A stretch of 63,972 nt of DNA, counting the filler, from Circinaria calcarea (taxonomy: Eukaryota), in the NCBI GenBank assembly GCA_051942165.1. It is 5 parts of 5 records of this genome, joined end to end, with 100 filler letters (N's around TTAATTAATTAA, not from the genome) between each part and the next. Parts side by side here need not be neighbours in the genome. Positions count along the whole stretch, not along the records: positions 25,655 to 38,367 come from JAVECS010000546.1; 4 more parts are not named here. One strand, written 5' to 3'. The translations under genes and the position numbers were made by a program. Shown here one piece after another: positions 25,655-38,467 of this stretch (position 1 is its first letter; every line of letters begins with the position of its first letter). The notes under the pieces were generated by a model that was not told the origin of the DNA, did no database searches, and was given only the letters and a program-made list of their open reading frames with translations.

Positions 25655-28417
25655 GCCGCGGCGGCCACGGCGCCGGATCTGCCGAGCGAGTTCTTCTTCT
25701 GCACGTTGCCCGTGCCGTTCTCGCGGAGTTCGTCGATTTGGGAGGAGGGAGCTGGGATGGCGTGGTCGGGTGTTCCGTTCGCCGTTGGCTCTTCCGAGAG
25801 GGGTTTCTTCAGCAGGGTGTCGTTGGTGTGGGAAGAGGAGGGTTGTTCCGTCGTGTTTGGGCTTTCTGTGGAGTCTGGGACTTCGAGGCTGTGTCTCAAG
25901 CCTCTCCGGTGGGGATCCGGTATAGCGGTAGGACTCGTCTGGATGGGGAATCTAGTTTCCGCTCCGCCGGTGGACCTGTCTCTTCGATGACCTCTCCCGT
26001 TGACGCCAGCTGCTGACGGTGCGGGACTGGGTGCACGGGATTTGGATGCGATGGCTCGGTTACGAGCTTCCATATTCGCGCGACGATTGCTTTCGTCTGT
26101 GCTGCTGGGTGCCCGTGGACGATTTGGTGTTGGCGCCGTGAGCGAGTGGTTTTGGGAGCTGGCCCGTTTGAGTTCGCCGAAAATCTCCTCTTTGTGGTCG
26201 AAGAGGTCGCGTATTAGACGGTAGCTGTGACGTTCATGCATGGTAAGGGATGACTCGATGCGAGGACGGAGAATGCATGGAGCGAGGGTCTGGGCTAAGG
26301 AGGTGATGAAAGGCTCATCCGCGGAGGTAAGTTCAATGAGGCGTGTGAAGTGCGTAGTGATCGCATCGAGAGTGGCAATGTTGGCAAGGCGGAGCTGGCC
26401 CAACGTATTCTGGAGAACGGAAATGCGGGTTTCAGGGGATGCAGATGAGTCCGGACTCGAATATATAGTTTTTATGATCTCGTAGACTTGTGAGGAAACA
26501 AGAGAATCTATATTGGGTTAGAATTGTCTAAAGGTCATCTAGTTGACTTAACGAGGGATGTACCTGGTAATTCAAGAAGATATAATTTCAAAACGCTCGC
26601 AACAATGGGTATTTCGTATCTCTCAAGTATCTCACGTGGAATAGCCTTACCAGTATTTATCGAGTTTCGGAGATGATGTGTGGCGGCGAGAGGAACATCA
26701 ACAATCCATATGCCTCGACGAGCTTCATCGCCTTCAAGATCAGGATAATCTGTATATAGCACTTAGTTCCGAAATGACAGTAGAGAGGAAGAGACAACTT
26801 ACGATTATCGAGAAAGGTTAGTATCGTAGTAACAATGATTGGTACACGCTTTCGGTCGTGTCTGGCCCGAGCTTCTAGATCTACTCCAAACGTTTGTTCT
26901 GTCAAACTATTAGCGTTCACATCAAAGTCGTGAGAGCTTGATACGCTTGCCATCGACGTTGTTGTAATAATTGTCATATACTTGCACTTTAGGCACAAAT
27001 GGCCCCGTTCGGTAATTCTCTAGGAAATATCTTAGGTCGCCTAGGGGCTGGACGGTTTCCTGGTAGAGCATCATGTTGTCGACCGTGCTTTGCAAGCTTG
27101 GAATGACGTTGCTAATCGCACCAGAAAAGTCTAGCATGACAGCTTTGATAGCCTTGAGTCGATCTAGTTCACATCGCTCCATGAATCTTAAGTGATCTAT
27201 CATAGTTTCTTCAAGGTTGCAGCGTAATAGATCGAGCTTTCGTACCCCAACTTTGTACTTCTCATCCGCCTCTCTTGCCTCCCTCTGGAGCTTTTCTATG
27301 GGTGTTTCATTTGGGTGGGGATTGTTCAGGGGATTCCATCCCGAGAGCATCTCACCCATGGATCCGATAACTGGAGAATCTGCATTTTCAGCAACTGAGC
27401 CAATGGACGAAACACGGTCCAGTTTCTTTTTCTCAGGAATCCCTGTGATTTGAAAAACTCTTGGACGCCACTGGTAGTTGAGCTTTGAACTGTTCGCGAA
27501 CACGTTTCCGACATTTCCAACCAGCCTTAAGAAACCATTCGACACCAGATCTTGTCCTATTCTTTCGGCATAGCTGATACTAGAGGCACCCATCACTTTC
27601 TGAATATACTCAACAATATCTGCACCGGTGGAGACATTTTGATACGTCCCTAGAAAGGCTACTTTGGTTTCTCCCAACTTAATGGTGTTAAGCATACCCG
27701 TTAAGAGTTTCTTTACTCCCTCTGCATGGTAAGTTTCATCACCAAGCTCAATTGGCTCAGCATCCTCCGGATCTTCGCTGTCAGGTAACTTGATGATTGG
27801 TGTTTTAGGTGCCTTGCTGGCTGGGGAAGTGCTGGGTTCGGTCTTCTCGGGCTCTTGAAAGGCAAGCTTGTTCTCTTCTTCCAGATCCTCCACCTGGCGG
27901 CACTTGTTGAAATACGAGCTCCTCAATTTGCGTACCACTTCTGCCTGCCTGTCATGTGCCTTGATACGGGCCAGGAGGTCATCGCGGGAGTTGTGAACGC
28001 GTGCCGCGTGTGCATCACACCAGCGTGTGAAAGGAAGCACAACCAGCTCACCGATATTAGAAGCAATCTTTTTGTGATTTTTCGAAGCTTCCTCCATCTC
28101 GCCGCGAACGCCTTCATAAGCCTAAACGGTTGGAGGTCAGCTTTATGACATAGATACTCCCTGGTCTTCTTTTTGATTTGAGCAGATACCTTTCGTAGAC
28201 TTGCGCCATCATCCTTTGCAAATCCGCCTGTCATCTTGTCCGTCGTAGGTACGATGTCCCCCAATCGCCGCCCATACAGCTCTTCCGCTTCGGCGCGCAT
28301 TCTAGCTATAGTAAGGACCTGTTGGTTTTCCACAATGCCTTGCTCAAGCTTTCCAAAAAGAACGCCCAGGCCCCCAGCATAATCGCCAGACCAGAAAGAA
28401 TCCGCAAATCCGGGCAT
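25655..28417 (-). CDS. RGD2: Rho GTPase-activating protein with F-BAR, DEP and RhoGAP domains (Rgd2/Rga8-like), 3'-truncated
   Basis: Starts MPGFADSFWSGDYAGGLGVLF (FCH/F-BAR); DEP-like AERIGQDLVSNGFLRLVG; RhoGAP VASVLKLYLLELP and LAQTLAPCILRP. Several introns. Confidence 0.88.
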
Positions 28418-29328
28418 CTTCACTAACGATTCAGGTATTCTCTTTATGGGTAGTATGTGGTGCCGAGAAAGTGATTTTTCGACGAGAGCAAATGTTTGTG
28501 CCGGGTATGTTTGTGGGAAACATCAAGCAAGGCCGTCGGAGAATGGACGTTGGTCCGATTCTGCCCTCGTACCGGCCCTACGCAAAATCAGTCAACTGCG
28601 GCGAGGTGAGTGAAGTGAGTAAGGTACTGGACAGACTGGCGTTAACTGTTGAAGCGACTGAAAACACAATCCACAATCCGATAACGTCTCCGTAAGGCGC
28701 AGGATACCGCTACAGCAGATTACTCTATATACTCGGTGTAGCTTCTTTTGGCTAACTGAAGAATTAAGCGGCGGAAAGATCGACCGGACCCGAGAGCAAA
28801 TAGGCGCCTACGAATGGTACTCCGTAATTACTAGATGATTACTTGAGCGAAAAACATTCAGCTATTCGGAGGTATTGGAACTGCCGTATTAGGCTTAGCT
28901 TAGATGCAGGAAAATTGACCCATCTGTATTCTACTTTAAGTAGTAGTAGCATGAATACTACCAATTCGCACTACTATACGAGGCGGGTGACAAAAAGTCG
29001 TTGCTGACCCTCGAGCAATTTACCAAGCGGGGATGATCAACGAACACCATGCTATCTAATTTACATACAAATTACATAGGAATTAAATAATAATAAACAG
29101 ATCACTTTCTCAATTATATCTATAGAAAGTAGTGAATAACAACCATGGCTCAAGTTATGTCAATATGTACGATTTTCTGAAGTTTCCCTCGGTACTAGAA
29201 TTTCCGGAATCCGGCAAGGACTTTTGGCACCCGCCTCGATAGTATATATTCAACACGATAATTCGAGGATATTACCTTGCAAGATATTTCATCTCTAATA
29301 TAAATTTAAGGCCGATACGCATGCTACT

Positions 29329-30971
29329 ATGATGCCGACTGAGTTTGATCCTCTACTTCCACGAGCTAAACCAGCACCGGAGATATCTGGCGATGGCTAT
29401 TCAAAGACTCCCGGTGAGTCGGACCAGGAGCGTTGGGAGCAGCAGGAGGAGGTCGACGACAATGTAGCAAAGCAGGAATACCAAATGACCAAGTCTTCTC
29501 TCAGAGCTATCTTTGCGTCATTTACAATAATTGTTGTCTTCGCCATATTCATAGTTCTCCTTGTGCCTGGAGGGCTTGGTGCGTTATGGGAAGGATCTGC
29601 CAAGAACGAAACCCTCACCTTCAAGGCGCGGGCTGAGAAAATCATGTCTAAAACACCGTTAATAGGCCAGTCAAATCTCCTTACACAACCACGTACAATT
29701 TTGTGCCTGGTCTGACCCAGCATTAGACGGTCATAACGACCTTGGGATAGTCGTCCGCTATATCTATGGGAACAAGATCTATGATCAGGAGTTTACGACG
29801 CTCTTTGAGAAGGGCGGGCTAAAGCTCCATGTTGACATCCCTCGCCTTAAAGCTGGCATGTCTGGCGGTGCGTTCTGGAGCGCATTTGTCGGGTGTCCCA
29901 AAAATGGTACCGATTTCTCAGACGCCAACTATGCTGAAGGTTCGTAATCAGGATTCCTTCCGGCAACTGAAGATATGTAAATCCTGGGCTGCTGAGGGTT
30001 GACCATGCATTTCCGCAAAGCTAACTGGAGCAGCGGTCTCCCAAACGCTTTCCCAGCTAGATGTCCTCCGTCGTTTGGGAGTATCGTATCCAGAAATTCT
30101 CGGCAACCCCACGGCCAACAGTCGCATAGCGCTTGCCGATTTCCAACAGAAGGGCAAACTCATTTCACCGATTGGAATAGAAGGCCTCCATCAAATTGGA
30201 AATTCTTATTCGAATCTGCGTTTATTCGAATCCCTTGGAGCGCGTTATGCCACGCTAACTCACAATTGCCATAACGCTTTTGCGGATGCTGCCTTAATCA
30301 CAAACTCATCGGGTACAACCATTGCAGCACCACCACTCTGGGGTGGCGTGTCACAGACTGGGCAAGTCGTTGTCAAAGAGATGAACAGAATTGGCATGCT
30401 GGTCGATCTCTCACACGTGAGCAAAGACACGATGATAGATGTACTTGGTGGTCGCCCAGAGAAATGGAAAGGAAGTGTTGCTCCCGTTATATTCAGTCAC
30501 AGCTCCGCGTACTCGCTATGCCCGCACCCACGGAACATCCCAGACGAGGTGTTGGAAATGGTCAAAGCTACCAATTCAGTCGTGATGGTCAACTTTTCGC
30601 CTGATTTCATTTCGTGTGTGGCATCAAACTCCTCAACTGGCTTACCAGAGTTCTATCCCCCAAATTCCACGCTTCAACAGGTGGCAAGGCATATTACTTA
30701 CATCGGTGAGTTGATTGGGTATGATCATGTTGGAATCGGGAGCGATTTCAACGGCATCTTGAATACTCCAAAGGGCTTAGAAGATGTGAGCAAGTTCCTC
30801 GATCTTGTGACAGAGCTTTTAAGAATGGGCGTAACGGACCAAGACGCAGCGAAGGTGATTGGTAACAATGTACTAAGAGTATGGGGCGACGCCGAGAAAA
30901 CGTCGAGGCAGTTGGTGAAAGATGGCGTGTTGCCTGCAGAAGACTTTGTCCAGAAATATGAAGGCTTGTAG
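29329..30971 (+). CDS. Membrane dipeptidase (peptidase M19) with N-terminal TM anchor
   Basis: TM segment AIFASFTIIVVFAIFIVLLVP; spliced IDGHNDL, GIEGLH, TLTHNCHN, VDLSHVS, FSHSS, GIGSDFNG. Introns 29666-29726 (GC-AG) and ~29940-30033. Confidence 0.9.
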
Positions 30972-31433
30972 ATCTGAGAATTACATAGTTGTCTAGCTGT
31001 TATTTAAATGTAGCTTGACATATGATTTATCTCCGGAGACTATCTGTGATGCTCTGTGTAAAACTGGTTTGAACTTTGGATGTAAATCTGGAGTATGGCC
31101 AAAAGAAAGTCTATGCGTGTCTTGTTACCGGTATATTACCGTTGTATCGATATTTTGCAGCTGAGCATCTTATAGTCCGCCGTAGCTTTATGCGTTGCAC
31201 AATTTTAAAATAACCTCGAGAGCCACTTCGTATTATCGACTTCACTAAATAAACTTGTATTATATCAAATTGTGAGTCGTACGTCTGCGGCTGCCTCCAG
31301 TGACTACAACGCTACACCTGTGTAAATGTTCACATTTCCCTCTATCAACAAGTCTCTCTGGTATCCTTGTACTTAAAAGACTTGCAATGTGCAGGAAGAC
31401 GACTCCGAATCTCAAAGTATATTCTCACCCGCC

Positions 31434-34400
31434 ATGTCAACAGAGACGCCAGAAGCAAAGGAGGCAAAGGAATTGGCGTTAGTGGGTAAGGTCGAGTTGC
31501 GAATCGCTCTGACCGATGCGGACACAAAACTGGAGTCGATACTAAAAACTTACCTTGCTCCGCTTCTTCTCAAACTGGGGTCCGAATTTTTGAGCGTACG
31601 AAAGAAAGTATGTTGGTTGATTGCCGCTGCCCTGTCAAGTTATGCCGCCTTGTTTGGAAAATAATTACTCATGTCTATACTCATGAAAGAAGCTTCATGG
31701 CCAGAGATTTCTAGGTACGAAAACTGATCAATTATAGGTCATAGCCTTATGTCAACACCTCAATGAGCGAACAAAACCACCGTATGTAACTTGACTCTCA
31801 AAATGGTCGTACTCTATATCATGTCTCTCCTATCTAGCTGGAGGACCAGCTCAGTTCCTAAAGAAACGGATTCCACTCTAGTGGTACATGTGCTGTACTC
31901 GCGTTGTGTCTTGGAAGGGCACTTCATTTCATTTGCCCAGAGTTTTTTACTGCCTACGTTTAATATAAATCTAAAATGCTGACAGCTGCTAGGTCTATCA
32001 AATTACCAGTAGCTGCCTTGCTCAAGCAGTATAAAGACACGCAGAACACGCTTATCCGCCATTTCGACCTGGTATACATTCAGCAGGGCGTTGACAGGCT
32101 ATTAACTGAGGTACGTTATCTTCTCCGTTGAAGTGACTATAGCGATGGATAGGATTGCAGAGCTGAACTCCTATACCTGGTAGCTATGCCTTAAATACTT
32201 GGTGGCAGCTATGATCGAATACCAAACTGGGAGTCCTCAATACTAACGCAATGGCATATAGGATCGTCTGGAATTACTTCCCACGCTCATTCATGGTCTG
32301 GCTAGGAACTTTGAGGAGTCCACGGCTCAAACCGCTACACTCTTCTCGCTTCTACTAAAGTTGATAAATCACATGACGTTGCCTGCACGTGGGAGTAGTG
32401 AAGACTCCAACCTGCGGACTAAACTAGGCTTGAATGATAAGCCTGAAGACGCCAAGTTCGTTTCATTGTGGATTGGAAAGCTCCTCCTGTTCATTCCGGG
32501 GCCATCTGGCGCCAGGCGGTGTCCTGGTCTTAGCCTTGAAGAATGTACCTTTCTACAGCCCCATGGTAAGGATAGTCTCTGGACGCAAGGTAGTACTGTT
32601 GCTGGTGGCCTGAGTCTTCCCGAAACAAAGATTTCTGCTATTAGATTTCTCGCCAGTGGCGCTTTTACCGAGGTTGAAAGATTCGAACCAGCGTTGGCGA
32701 CATCTGCAGTTCCAGATGCTCGCGTATCGGACGTTGGAGATGATATCCTTAAACGTGCTACTCCGGCTGTTTCCTTGGAAGATCATGGATTAATCGAAAG
32801 ACTTTTTACTACATATCTTGGAACCGGAGGTGAACATGGGTCTCTTCCTGCTCCTGCACCACTCCAGATTAGAATACTAGCCCTCCTCTGCCGATCACAA
32901 GAAGCCACGACGTTTGTGTCTCAAATCATTCAGGTGGTTAAAGAAGGTCTTGTGCCTGATTCTCGGAATCCGCATAACGCAGGGACAGCCCCTAAACAGG
33001 GATTGGAAGCTGCAAAACTTCGAGGCCAGGTATTCTCCTTTATAAATTGGGTTGCACGTATCGGTTCTTCGGAGACCTTGGTCGCAGTTGCGCCTACACT
33101 GGTTAACGAGGTACGATCATACATTGAAAGCCAGGGCTGGCCACAGTTTAAGAACAATGATGCCCGCATTACCTCTGCGGAGTTGAGTTCGCGGAGCTAT
33201 GGGTATGAAACCATTGGCCTCCTTGCAAAATCATGTCCTAAAATGCTATTACTTGAGAGCGATCTTTACCTGTTGCGATGGTTATTTAGCTCCCTCAGTG
33301 GAGATGGTTCCGGTAAAGATATCATGATCAGTGTTGAACAGGCTTTGGCTAGTGTTCTTGGAGTGTTCGGAGGAGAAATCGGTACCGACATGGAGGCATC
33401 ACTTACAGATCTTCTCCTCCATCAGATGACGCTTCAAGCCGATGGATTGGATAGTAGTGGCCATAGGGTCATAAGAAGTACGCGGTATACTACAGTGCGC
33501 TTCGCTAATCGATGTCTACCTTACAGTAATACCAAAGCTCGCTACATCGACATCCTCGCTATTGGAGCTGGGTCTGACGAGCGAAGTGAAGTCATTGACG
33601 AAGGGAGAAAGGGGCTCGATCCATATTGGTATAGGATGCTTAATCCTCTTGAAGGTGCCGGCGGCATGGACCCGATCTCACTTGATATACTCAAGTATAC
33701 GCTGCCCAAGTTTCGGACATTGGTCGACCAGTTCTTCGGCCCTGGTACAACCGCCACGAAGCCAGAATGGCAAAGATCTGTTTCGGGGTCTAGTGCGGCG
33801 ATCGTGTTTTGTCGATACATCCTGCTTCATCAGGCCCTTGCGTCAATGAGCATTACGCCTCTAATAGATTCCGAGTGGAAGAGAAACATTGATGCCCTTG
33901 TCAAAAATGACGAGGTTGCCCGTGATCATGTCAGGCAATACCTTCACGAAAGGTCTCAACACGACACGAACGGTAAGAAAGCGTGGTTGAGGTACTTGAG
34001 CGCAATTTTCGATGCTCTAGTAGAAGGCTCCTATGAAAATAAGGATGATGTGGGTGACTGTCTTTTGGAGTTTTGCTCCCTCAGCCCAGACTCCGCCTTA
34101 GATAGCCTTGCCCCTAGGTGTCACGACTTGAGTGGAGCTATATTCGCAAACAGCCATACCATAAGGCTTACCGCCAGTCACGTCTTTGGTATTTTGGCCT
34201 CGCTCAAAGCCTGCCCCCCTGAAATCAGCGTAGGCATGGTGGAGAGATTCCGGTTGAAAATTGCAGCCTGGAAACACGCCGTTGGAATGGAGGTTCATCG
34301 AGTGCATGGGTCAATACTCGCAACATCATATTGGCTAAGCCGAGCTAATTACCGCGGCAATGAACAAAGCAAAGAGTCAAGTCTGGCGGTCGAATTTGTC

Positions 34401-37400
34401 ACCTCGCTCCTAGAGATTCTAGAAGTTAGCCGCGACAAAGAGCTCCTGGATGCAGCTATTGAAGGGATAGACCAGCTAAGTCTATATGGTGTTTTATCTC
34501 CCCATACTATCCCTGCTCCGTGGAATGCCTTGAAAGTGGTTATGAAATTGAAAGAGAGAGCACAGGTTGGCGACGAGAAAGCGATCTTTGCTCTGGGCCA
34601 CTTTGCCATGCAATGTAATGAAGGCGAACCCCAAAGCTCTCTTCTGGATAATATTACTACAATATTATACTCTTTGCACGAGCAGAAACAGCCAGAATTA
34701 CAGTTTGCTGTCGGAGCAGCTCTCAGCTGTGCAGTAAGTGGCTGGCAATCGAGATCACTGGTCGGAGCTTTGGACGTTGAAGGGCCACTCAGGCAGAAGC
34801 CCAGGGCAGCATCTCGCTCTTCGACTTTGCATGATGTTATCGATAAAGTCCTCGATGATTGCAGAAGTACGAAACCGGCCTTAAGGCAAGCTTCAGTCAT
34901 CTGGCTCTTGTGTCTTGTCCAATATTGTGGTCACCTGAACGACCTTCGAAGTCACCTGCGGGAATGCCAAGCGGCTTTCAAGGGATTTCTCGCCGATCGA
35001 GATAGTTTCAATCAAGAGTCTGCTTCTAGAGGTCTGACTTTGGTGTATGAGAAAGGTGATAGAGCGCTCAAGGATGACTTGGTACGAGACCTTGTTGGTT
35101 CTTTTACCGGCTCCGACACCAGAAATAGCTTGGCAGGAAGTGTCACAACGGAGACGACTCTCTTCGAGCCCAATGCTTTGCCGACAGGGGATGGTTCCGT
35201 TACGACTTATAAAGACATCGTAAGCCTTGCATCCGAAGTTGGAGACCCCAGCCTTGTTTATCGGTTCATGTCGTTGGCATCAAATAACGCGATATGGTCG
35301 AGTCGCGCTGCTTTTGGACGATTTGGCCTGAGCAACATTCTATCCGATTCCAGTATAGATGGCTACCTGGCGAAGAATCCAAAGCTATATCCAGCGCTGT
35401 ATCGCTATCGTTTCGATCCTAACACAAATGTTAGAAATTCGATGAATGATATATGGACGGCTTTAGTGAAAGATCCGGTTACTGTCATCAATTCTCACTT
35501 CGAACTCATCATGGATGATCTGCTCAAAAACATTCTGGCAAAGGAATGGCGTGTGCGTCAAGCCAGTTGCGCAGCAATCGCTGACCTGGTGCAAGGAAGG
35601 CCTTTGCAACGATACGAGAAGTATCTTACCCGGATATGGACATTAACGTTCAAAGTAGGTTGACAGCATTGATGTTAGCATATGGGAGATACTGATGGAT
35701 ACTCAGGTGTGCGATGATATTAAGGAGTCGGTACGTACTGCAGCGATGGCTCTTGCTAGAGTCTTAACGGCCATCTTGACCCGCAGTCTGGAAGCCGGTG
35801 ACTCTTCAGCTGCCAACGCAAATACTATGCTCAAGGAAGTCTTGCCATTCTTGCTCAGCCCTTCAGGCCTTGAATCTAGTGCTGAGGATGTTCAAGCTTT
35901 CGCCCTAAAAACACTATTACAGATTATTAAGAGCAGCAGAGGAGAAGTCCTCCGTCCCTTTATTGCAGACCTTATATGCCGGTTGCTTAGTCTTCTCAGT
36001 TCCCTGGAGCCTCAGGCCATCAACTATTTACACTTGAACGCAGAGAAATATGGTATGACGGGGGAGGAGATTGACGATGCACGCTTGAATAGCGTTAAAA
36101 GATCGCCCATGATGGAGGCTATTGAGCGCTGCCTTGATATCTTGGACGAGAGAAGCATGGAAGATCTCCAAGAAAGACTAAGCACTACCATAAGGAATGC
36201 AGTCGGCTTACCTACAAAAGGTACTAAAGTCAGGCTCCTTATTAAGATCACCACTGACTGTTGAGTTCAAGTTGGCGTTGCCCGCATATTAGTCTCACTT
36301 TCAACCAGACATAACTTCATCTTCCGACCACACGCAGATCGTTGCCTTAGGTTGCTGCGACGGCAAGTACTTGATCGAAATGACACGATCTCAACTTCAT
36401 TCGCGGTCGCATGTGGCTACCTTGCGAGATTGGCCTCGGATGAAGAAATCATGAAGCTGGTTGACTTCTGTTCTAAACTTTATTTTGACTCCGAGGATGA
36501 TCGACACCGAGCAATCTCTGGTGAGGTTATAATTGCGGTAGGCAAACACGCCACAGACCGTTTTGCTGCCCTGGCTGGCCATATCCTGCCGTTTGTATTT
36601 ATTGCAAAACATGATTCTTACGAGCGAGCCAAGGAACTCTTCTCAGATACTTGGAACCAGAATGTTGGGGGCTCCCGAGCGGTGATGTTGTATCTGAAAG
36701 AGATTTTAAAGACAGCCTCGTCACACCTGGACTCGCCCAGATGGTCTATCAAGCACACTACAGCGTTTGCCGTGGCAGATGTCGTTAAATCGCTAGGTCA
36801 TGGGACCTCTGCAGAAGATGCAGGCATAATATGGCCATCGTTGGAAAGAGCCATAGGCGGCAAGACCTGGGATGGGAAAGAGACTGTTTTGGAAGCTATG
36901 GTCGTATTGGCCAAGAATTCCACTGTGCTGACAAATGAGAAGATTGCAAATCAGATGCAGGTGTGTACGGCCATCCCCAGCAAACGTTTGGCGCGCAACT
37001 ATGATGTATTCTATACGCTATTCGTTCTAACTTTCTTTTCCATAGACAATTGTCATTCGGGAGAGTAAGCGTAACAACTCGAAGTATCGCCCTTATGCAC
37101 TGGCTTGCCTTGGGGACTTTATTGAGCTTCGAGGGACAGTGAACTGGTATGGACAGGTATATGCGGTCACGGAGCCTGTCATTCGAGACATCCTTGATGG
37201 TAGCAACGAGATGGACGTTGATTCGCAATCAGGAGGTCTATCGTCCAAGGAACGGTACGTTAGGCTTTTGTCCTTGGTCTGGTGGTGCAGAGGGAGCCCG
37301 CTGACGTGCACTATTCCTTGTCAAAATTTAGGTCAGACTTAACTTTGGCAAATGCCTTGAAAACGTTAGTGACGGCCATAAACCCTACAGTTCTACAGCA

Positions 37401-37826
37401 AACAGGTCAGTCGACTCATTGAGGTGTTGGTAGCATGCTGACCCGGGCGTAGAACTCGAAGAGAGCCTTTCCCAAACGCTCGAGCTCGTGAAGAAATCGA
37501 TATCCAGAAAGGTCAGGATTGTGCAAGACGCACTGCTCGATGCACAGAAGAGGCTATTTCAAAAGCTGGGGGTTATCGATAAATTGCCGGAGTCGGTTGA
37601 AAACATCCTACTGCAGTACGTACCAACAGTGTTTGATGAAGATGATAGCGCGGAGCAGACCCGCATTAAGGCCGCAGAGACGGCTCTGGTCATAGTGTCC
37701 ATCGCACAGAAGGGAGGGAAGCTCAGCTCGTTGCTCAAGCAAAAGGTCGAGTCAGCCAAAAGGCATGAGCGGAGTTCCTCGGTCGTGCGAATTTTAGAGC
37801 GAGTGCAGATTTCTTTGGACGTTTGA
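31434..37826 (+). CDS. ECM29: Proteasome adaptor Ecm29 (HEAT-repeat protein), multi-exon
   Basis: N-terminus ELALVGKVELRIAL...YLAPLLLKLGSE; conserved SLASEVGDPSLVYRFMSLASNNAIWSSRAAFGRFG, LYRYRFDPN, EWRVRQASCAAIADL, DDIKESVR, GKTWDGKE. Confidence 0.93.
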
Positions 37827-38367
37827 TCTTTGGTGCCTGCCAACTTGAAATGTGCAAGTGCCGCTGTTTGCGCAACACCAGTGCAGCTAGGGTGTCTTGG
37901 TGTGCGCCAACTCGATTGATATCACTGGCTACGCAAGCCCATCTCCGGTGTCCACCACAACGTAGGATAAGGGGAGGACCGGGGGTGATCACGAGCAGAT
38001 CGATCAGAGCTGCATGCATGAGATTGCATGATCTTACGGAGTAGTGGGGTATTATGCTGACGGGGAAATTGATCATATGCTGAGAAGTAATCGAAATGCC
38101 GGCCGAAAGGGAGTGAGTTCTCCTGGACATGTCATGTCACCTCGGAATCTTCGGACGTTAGAATAGGCAGGTAAAATAAAAAGTATGAGGCTGATGCCAT
38201 GTGCGCTGGACCTAGAATCCGTCAACAATCGCCCTTTAAGGTTTCTCCCGACTTGAGTGTTCCTTACATGAGATTGCGAGAGAAAGAGGAGAGAGGGGGC
38301 AGCCTCGAGATAGCAAAGAGTTCCCGCATCCTCGGAGATCGCTCCCACCCCCTCCATTCCCTATTTC

Positions 38368-38467
38368 NNNNNNNNNNNNNNNNNNNNNNNNNNNNNNNNN
38401 NNNNNNNNNNNTTAATTAATTAANNNNNNNNNNNNNNNNNNNNNNNNNNNNNNNNNNNNNNNNNNNN
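38368..38467. other. Artificial contig linker
   Basis: N44-TTAATTAATTAA-N44. Confidence 0.99.

Noticed and set aside
29329..30971. Dipeptidase as a GliJ-like marker of an ETP cluster
   Set aside because: It has a TM anchor and sits between the housekeeping genes RGD2 and ECM29, with no NRPS, GST or thioredoxin reductase nearby.
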